DNA from: an uncultured bacterium | GTDB lineage: Bacteria > Planctomycetota > UBA1135 > GCA-002686595 | Direction of reading: 5' to 3' | Length of the DNA stretch: 64,000 nt | NCBI GenBank assembly: GCA_943787795.1 | Contig: CALSNU010000003.1 | Coordinates: forward strand, 192,001-256,000 | In this document: piece after piece, positions 56,246 to 64,000 of the stretch | How the letters are laid out: each line of letters begins with the position of its first letter | How positions within the stretch are numbered: the stretch's first letter is position 1 | Notes under the pieces: generated by a model | Database searches by the model: none | The model's input: the letters and a program-made list of their open reading frames with translations, nothing else | What the model was told of the DNA's origin: nothing | Position numbers and translations under genes: made by a program

Positions 56246-57343
56246 ATGAAGTTCAGCTACCGGGAATTCGATCCATCCGAGGGCTCCCTCCGGGACCTCT
56301 TGAAGCGCCTTGAGGCGCTCTACAACGACCTGCTCCTGCAGGCCGACGGGGACCCGGAGCAGGCGTTGGAGTGGATGGAGACGATCGCGGCGCGGTATCC
56401 GCTGCTCCCGGACGGGTTCACGATGGACGACTTCCGTCGTCACCTCGAGAAGCAGCGCTGGGTGGAGCAGACCGTCGACGGCCTGAGGATGGCGCCCGGC
56501 GGGGACCGGGCGCTGAGACAGGAGTCCCTGGAGCGGATCTTCAGCGGCCTCACCAAGGACGCGGCGGGGGACCACCGTACTCAGGCCCAAGGGAACGGGC
56601 AGGAGCGGCTCCCCGAGACGCGGGCGTGGACCTTCGGGGATCCCGCGTCGCTCATCGACGCTGCGAGCTCGGTGCGCAATGCGCTGCGCCGCGGGGTGGA
56701 CCTCGACGGGCTGACCCTGGGCGAGGATGACCTCGAGGTGCACGAGACGGAGCACCTCTCGAGCTGCGCGACGGTGCTGCTACTGGACCTGAGCCACTCC
56801 ATGATCCTCTATGGCGAGGACCGGATCACGCCGGCCAAGCGCGTGGCCCTCGCCCTGACGGAGCTCATCCGGACGCGCTATCCCAAGGACTCGCTCAGGG
56901 TGGTCACCTTCGGGGACGAGGCCGAGGAGGTCTCCCTGGATGACATCTCCACCATCTCGGTGGGGCCCTTCCACACGAACACCCGAGCCGCGTTGCAGCT
57001 GGGTCGAGACCTCCTCCGACGGGAGCGGCGTGCTAACAAGCAGATCTTCATGATCACGGACGGCAAGCCGAGCGCGCTCACCGAGCCCGACGGCGAGATC
57101 TACAAGAACCCATTTGGGCTTGACCGTCGCGTGGTCGCCAAGACCATGGACGAGGCCACCATCTGCCGCCGCCACGGCATCCCGATCACCACCTTCATGC
57201 TCACGGACGACCCCGTGCTCGTGAACTTCATCGAGGAGTTCACGGAGGCCAACCGGGGCCGCGCGTACTTCGCGGGAGGCGACCGGCTCGGGGCGACGCT
57301 CTTCGTGGACTACGTGCGGAATCGCCGCAGCCAGGTGCGCTGA
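56246..57343 (+). CDS. VWA-domain protein (partner of the AAA+ ATPase)
   Basis: MIDAS DLSHSM, TNT, ITDGKPS; co-oriented, 19 bp after the ATPase. Confidence 0.9.
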   Translation: MKFSYREFDPSEGSLRDLLKRLEALYNDLLLQADGDPEQALEWMETIAARYPLLPDGFTMDDFRRHLEKQRWVEQTVDGLRMAPGGDRALRQESLERIFSGLTKDAAGDHRTQAQGNGQERLPETRAWTFGDPASLIDAASSVRNALRRGVDLDGLTLGEDDLEVHETEHLSSCATVLLLDLSHSMILYGEDRITPAKRVALALTELIRTRYPKDSLRVVTFGDEAEEVSLDDISTISVGPFHTNTRAALQLGRDLLRRERRANKQIFMITDGKPSALTEPDGEIYKNPFGLDRRVVAKTMDEATICRRHGIPITTFMLTDDPVLVNFIEEFTEANRGRAYFAGGDRLGATLFVDYVRNRRSQVR

Positions 57344-57399
57344 GGCGACCCAGGGTTCTCGGGCGGGTGGATCTGGCCCCAGGACCCCGAGGGCCGATG

Positions 57400-57484
57400 G
57401 GGGGCCCTGCCGCCGAGGGGGCCCTGCCGCCGAGGGGATCCTGCCGCCGAGGGGACCCTGCCGCCGAGGAGATCCTGTCGCGGA
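57400..57484. repeat. 17-bp tandem repeat (gggg[g/a][c/t]cctgccgccga x5) upstream of katG
   Basis: Units at 57400, 57417, 57434, 57451 and 57468 (last one degenerate). Confidence 0.9.
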
Positions 57485-57669
57485 GAAGGGTCGTCCGGCG
57501 GCGGTCCCCACAGGTGGTGATTACCCCCGCCGATGGGAGCCATCGGCAGATCTGGTTACCAGGATCCGCGGACCTTGCCGATGATCCACGAGCAACGAAT
57601 CGAGCCGGATCACCGCACCGCTCCCACCGGAGTCCTGGCCGGCTCACTCTCTTCACCGAAACGACTCCC

Positions 57670-60033
<2,364 letters not shown>

Positions 60034-60096
60034 GTCTCCATACCGGCTGAGCCTCTGCTCGCTGAACCCTGCTCGCCGAGTCGAGCGGGTTGCAAG

Positions 60097-60127
60097 GAGG
60101 GCCGGACCCCGCAAGGGTCCGGCCCTC
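60097..60127 (+). terminator. GC hairpin after katG
   Basis: gagggccggaccc-cgcaa-gggtccggccctc, 13-bp stem; weak U-tract. Confidence 0.6.
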
Positions 60128-60165
60128 TCCATATCGCGGCGTTGATCCCTGCTTCCCGCGAGCCT

Positions 60166-60285
60166 GCGGTCAGGCTCCCACCGGGGCGGTCAGGCTCCCA
60201 CCGGGGCGGTCAGGCTCCCACCGGGGCGGCCAGGCTCCCACCGGGGCGGCCAGGCTCGTGACGGGGCGGTCAGGCTCGCGGCGGG
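60166..60285. repeat. 20-bp tandem repeat (gcgg[t/c]caggctcccaccggg x~6)
   Basis: Four near-perfect and two degenerate units between the convergent katG and FMN dehydrogenase genes; no spacers. Confidence 0.92.
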
Positions 60286-60322
60286 CGGATGAGCTCTCGC
60301 CGGAGAGACCACCTCGGGCAGC

Positions 60323-61471
60323 TCAGCGGCGCGGAGCGAGGTGACGCGGGAGGTCCTCGACGCGCTCGCAGCCGAGCTGCTCCATGACCTGGGTCAGCTG
60401 TCGCATGAGCATGGTCATCACGTGCGGCCCACCGCGGGCGCCCATGGCGCAGATGGCGTACATGAAGGAGCGCCCCATGAAGGCAAAGCGCGCGCCGCTC
60501 GCGAGGGCGCAGGCCACGTCGGGTCCGCCACGGACGCCGCTGTCGAAGAGCACCTCCATGCGATCCCCGAATTCGGCCGCGAGGGCCGGGAGCGCCTGGA
60601 TGGTGGACGTGCCGACCTCCAGCTGGCGGCCCCCGTGGTTGGAGACGATGATTCCGTCCGCGCCGAGCTCGAGCACCTGTGCGGCGTCCTGGGGATTGAC
60701 GATCCCCTTCACCACGAGCTTGCCCTTCCAGCGCTCGCGGATGGCCGCGATGCGGTCCGCCGAGAGCCGCCCGCTGAAGGTGGCGTTCATGAATTGCCCC
60801 AGGTGGGACATGTCCAGGCCCTTGGGGATGTAGGGCGCGAGGGTGGCGAACTCGGGCTTGCCCCGCGCCAGCTGCGAGAAGGACCAGGTCGGGCGCATCA
60901 TCATCTGGGCGATGTTGCGCAGGGACATGCGCGGGGGGATCGCGAGGCCGTTGCGGATCTCCTTGGGGCGGTAGCCGAAGGTCGGCGTGTCCGCCAGCAG
61001 CACGAGGACCGGGACCCCCGCGGCCTCGGCGCGGTCCAGGATCTTGTCCCGCAGGTCGTCCTCGGTCGGGTGGTAGAGCTGGAACCAGGCCTTGCCTTCG
61101 GTGATCTCCGCGACGCGCTCGATGCTCGCGGTGCCGACCGTGCTCAGGATGAAGGGCACCCTGGCGGCGTGGGCGGCCTCGGCGAGGAACTCGCAGGCGC
61201 CCGGCCACACCAGCCCCTGGAGCCCGATCGGGGCGACCCCGAAGGGCGCCGCGTAGGTCTCGCCGAAGAGCTCGGTCTCGAGGTGCGCGCCGCCGTAGTC
61301 CAGCACGTACCTCGGCTCGAGCCGCACCTCACGGAGCTCGTCCGTGTTGCGGCGCATGTTGAGATTCGAGTGGCACCCGTTGTCGAGGTACTCGAAGGCG
61401 AAGGGGGGGACGCGCTTTCGGCCCCGCTCGCGCAGGTGCTCGATCGAGGGGAGGTTCGGGTCGAGGCTCAT
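60323..61471 (-). CDS. FMN-dependent alpha-hydroxy-acid dehydrogenase (L-lactate dehydrogenase/oxidase family)
   Basis: APIG, WFQLY, VVKGI, VSNHGGRQL, DSGVRGG.DV..ALA.GA..GR. Confidence 0.93.
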   Translation of the reverse strand: MSLDPNLPSIEHLRERGRKRVPPFAFEYLDNGCHSNLNMRRNTDELREVRLEPRYVLDYGGAHLETELFGETYAAPFGVAPIGLQGLVWPGACEFLAEAAHAARVPFILSTVGTASIERVAEITEGKAWFQLYHPTEDDLRDKILDRAEAAGVPVLVLLADTPTFGYRPKEIRNGLAIPPRMSLRNIAQMMMRPTWSFSQLARGKPEFATLAPYIPKGLDMSHLGQFMNATFSGRLSADRIAAIRERWKGKLVVKGIVNPQDAAQVLELGADGIIVSNHGGRQLEVGTSTIQALPALAAEFGDRMEVLFDSGVRGGPDVACALASGARFAFMGRSFMYAICAMGARGGPHVMTMLMRQLTQVMEQLGCERVEDLPRHLAPRR

Positions 61472-61564
61472 GATCGCGATGAACGATACCCGAGGGCGGT
61501 GAAACCCGCGGGGCCTCGATGGACGGATCATCGCCCTTCGGCGGAGGGCGCCAGGTGGAGGGGA

Positions 61565-62785
61565 TCAGCCCGCGTGGACGCGCACGTGCTCGCCGATCCA
61601 GTCCTGAATCGTGCGCAGCTCGTCAAAGTTAGGGTGGCGCAGCCGGACCCACGCGTTCGCCATGTAGCCGGCCTCGACGCCCTGGGTCGCGGTCCCCGGC
61701 GGAGGGAAGTGGGAGTCGATGATGTGCTCGCCGTAGCGAGCCTTGAGGTCCTCGACGCCCTCGTAGCCCTCGATGCGGCCGTCGGCGCTGGGGCGCAGGG
61801 CGATCATGCCGCCGGCGCAGCGCCTCGAGGGCGACTGGGAGGGGCTCCCCTGAACGATGAGGTGAGCCCACTCACGGTAGATGTCGAAGTCGTTGGCGGC
61901 TTGGTAGACGTCCCACATGCGCACGCCCGGGGGGCGGCAGCCGATCTCGCTGAACTTGAGGCCCTTGGGCCCGAAGAACCACTCCATGTGGGTGGCCGAG
62001 GTCTCGATACCGAGGGTCTGGATCACCTTGCGCCCCATCTCGCGGAGGTCGTCGTAGCGCTCGTCCTGGACCTCGTTGGTGGTGGCCATCTGGGGCGAGA
62101 TCCAGCGGTGACGCATGGCCTCGAGGACATTCGGGTAGTAGTGGGTGATGAACTCGTGGGCCACGTCACCGTTGAGGCTCAGGGTGTCCCAGTAGCCCTC
62201 GTGCCCCTCAATGAACTCCTCGATGGCGACGCTCTCGCCCCGCCCCAGGCCGCTCTCCTGGATCGCCGCTTCGAGGCTCTCGTCGTCGTGCGCGCGGGCG
62301 GTGCCGGCGGCGCCCGCGCCGTCCCTCGGCTTGAGGATGACGGGGTACCCGACCCGCTCGATGAAGGCCCGGGCCTCGTCGAGATCGGAGGTCCCGATGC
62401 TCTGGGCAGTGGGGACGCCGGCCTCACGCAGCGCGTCCTTCATGGCGGGCTTGTCCCGGCAGAGCCATGCGGTGCGGGTCGAGGTGCCCGGGATTTCGCA
62501 CTGCTCGCGGACCCAGGCGCAGGGGGTGATGTGCGCCTCGACCGTGGCCTCCAACCGATCCACCCAGGTGCGCTCCTGGACCCGTCGGACGGCCGCGAGG
62601 AGCGCCTCACCGTTCGTCACAGAGGGCACCTGCTCATGCCCGTCGAGCCACCCTCGCATCTCGTTATCGAGGGCGCTGGGCGGCGCCTCCGCGATGGCGG
62701 TGACCCGTGCGCCGACCTCCTTCAAGGCGCGGACGAACTCTCTCTGATTGGAGGGGAAGGAGGGCTCGACGAAGATGACGTGCAT
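61565..62785 (-). CDS. ATP-grasp domain protein
   Basis: CRDKPAMK, YPVILKPRDGAGA, IEEFIEGHE, HMEWF, FSEIGCRPPG. Confidence 0.9.
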   Translation of the reverse strand: MHVIFVEPSFPSNQREFVRALKEVGARVTAIAEAPPSALDNEMRGWLDGHEQVPSVTNGEALLAAVRRVQERTWVDRLEATVEAHITPCAWVREQCEIPGTSTRTAWLCRDKPAMKDALREAGVPTAQSIGTSDLDEARAFIERVGYPVILKPRDGAGAAGTARAHDDESLEAAIQESGLGRGESVAIEEFIEGHEGYWDTLSLNGDVAHEFITHYYPNVLEAMRHRWISPQMATTNEVQDERYDDLREMGRKVIQTLGIETSATHMEWFFGPKGLKFSEIGCRPPGVRMWDVYQAANDFDIYREWAHLIVQGSPSQSPSRRCAGGMIALRPSADGRIEGYEGVEDLKARYGEHIIDSHFPPPGTATQGVEAGYMANAWVRLRHPNFDELRTIQDWIGEHVRVHAG

Positions 62786-62882
62786 GGCTTGGGGCAAGCG
62801 TGGGGGCGCGGGGGACCCGGGTGCCAGTGGGTCGTCGGTTGGGTGGCTATCGTGCAGGCGCCGAGCGGAGCCGGCGACGGGC

Positions 62883-64000
62883 TCAGGCCAGCTGGAGGTC
62901 GGCCATGATCGCGGCGTAGAGATCCTCGTAGCGGTCGACCTGGGCCTCCCATGAGAAGTCCCTGGCCATGCCGCGGAGCTGCATTTGTCGCCAGCCCTCG
63001 GTGTCCCGCCAGACCTCGATGGCGTGGGCCAGGGTGTCCTCGAGGGCCACGGAGGTGTGCTCGTAGAACATGAAGCCCGTGCCGCTGCCGTCCTCGTGGC
63101 GCTCGACGGTGTCCGCGAGCCCGCCGGTGCTCCGCACGAGCGGGATGGTGCCGTACCTGAGGCTGTACATCTGATTCAGACCGCACGGCTCATAGCGTGA
63201 GGGCATGAGGAAGATGTCGGAGCCTGCCTCGATTCGGTGGGCGAGCCCGTTGTCGTAGCCGATGTGCACACCGACCTTGGCGGGGTAGCGGTCGCGGAGC
63301 CAGCGGAAGTAGCTCTCCTGCTCCGGGTCGCCGCTGCCCAGGACGACCAGTCGCACGTCGTGGTGATCGAGGAGTCGCTCGGCGAAGTCGGGGATCAGCT
63401 CGAAGCCCTTCTGGTGCGTCAGCCTGGAGACAATGCCGAGGACCGGCCCGGACGGCTCGGGGGCCACGCCGAGCTCGTCGAGGAGCGCGTCCCGGCACAT
63501 GCGCTTCCCGAACAGATCCTCTGGGCCGTAGTTGGCGGGCAGGTGCCTGTCGGTCGCGGGGTCCCACTCTCCGTAGTCGACACCGTTGACGATGCCCGCC
63601 AGGTGATCCTCCCGCTGAGCCAGGAGGCCCTGAAGGCCGTGGCCGTACTCGGGGGTCTGGATCTCGCGGGCGTAGGTGTCCGAGACCGTGGAGAGCCACG
63701 AGGCGTGAAGGATGCCCGTCTCCAGGTAGTTGACCGCGCCAGCGGCGAGGCGCTCCTGGTGGAACTGGTCGCGGACGCCACCCAGGCCGACCCGGCGAAT
63801 AGCGTCCTCGGAGAACACGCCCTGGTAGCCCAGGTTGTGGATAGAGAGCAGCGTGGAGCTCCCGCGCAGGAGCTCGTCCCAGGCGTAGGTGGACTTCAGC
63901 AGCAGCGGCAGGAGCCCCGTGTGCCAGTCGTTGGCGTGGAACACGTCAGGGGCCCAGCCGGTGCGCTGGCAGGCCTCGATGGCGGCCCGGCAGAAGGCCG
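62883..64000 (-). CDS. glgA: Glycogen synthase (5' part outside the window)
   Basis: PDVFHANDWHTG, SIHNLGYQG, GIVNGVD, SRLTHQKG, MPSRYEPCGLNQMYSLRYGT..TGGLADTV. Confidence 0.95.
   Translation of the reverse strand, partial: AFCRAAIEACQRTGWAPDVFHANDWHTGLLPLLLKSTYAWDELLRGSSTLLSIHNLGYQGVFSEDAIRRVGLGGVRDQFHQERLAAGAVNYLETGILHASWLSTVSDTYAREIQTPEYGHGLQGLLAQREDHLAGIVNGVDYGEWDPATDRHLPANYGPEDLFGKRMCRDALLDELGVAPEPSGPVLGIVSRLTHQKGFELIPDFAERLLDHHDVRLVVLGSGDPEQESYFRWLRDRYPAKVGVHIGYDNGLAHRIEAGSDIFLMPSRYEPCGLNQMYSLRYGTIPLVRSTGGLADTVERHEDGSGTGFMFYEHTSVALEDTLAHAIEVWRDTEGWRQMQLRGMARDFSWEAQVDRYEDLYAAIMADLQLA

Noticed and set aside
60166..60285. Possible CRISPR array (also 41560-41623 and 57400-57484)
   Set aside because: Head-to-tail tandem units without unique spacers, too short, and no cas genes.

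Overview
A gene-dense, very GC-rich bacterial chromosome segment. Its gene content (exported sulfatase-like and DUF1573 lipoproteins, prenyltransferase-repeat protein, secretin-like protein, secreted proteins with a distinctive C-terminal domain) suggests an environmental Planctomycetota lineage; this is inference. About 50 CDS are present. Housekeeping genes: rpoN (partial and missing from the ORF track), cmk, rpsA, tyrS, htpG, lon, an RNase R-like gene, moaA, katG and glgA (partial). Also present are a sigma-54 response regulator, a 4-gene ABC exporter, a Tat-exported PaoABC/xanthine-dehydrogenase-like molybdo-flavoenzyme operon, an AAA+/VWA pair and many exported hypothetical proteins. I found no rRNA, tRNA, CRISPR array, integrase or transposase. 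Leading candidates for new biology: (1) two unrelated secreted proteins share a C-terminal motif G-x-T-x4-A-x2-R-D...S-[DN]-x-I-T-[VL], a possible sorting/secretion domain, and an orphan tandem secretin-like protein lies in the same window; (2) the molybdo-flavoenzyme operon has an FAD subunit lacking one [4Fe-4S] Cys ligand and is followed by a 77-aa Cys/His-rich protein and an exported Cys-rich DUF1326-like protein; (3) sigma-54 carries a ~130-aa acidic repeat-derived insertion; (4) several domains have lost their catalytic or binding motifs, including a GGDEF protein that keeps its I-site and is coupled to the sigma-54 activator; (5) locus-specific short tandem repeats are frequent. All family assignments come from motif recognition by eye, without database searches.
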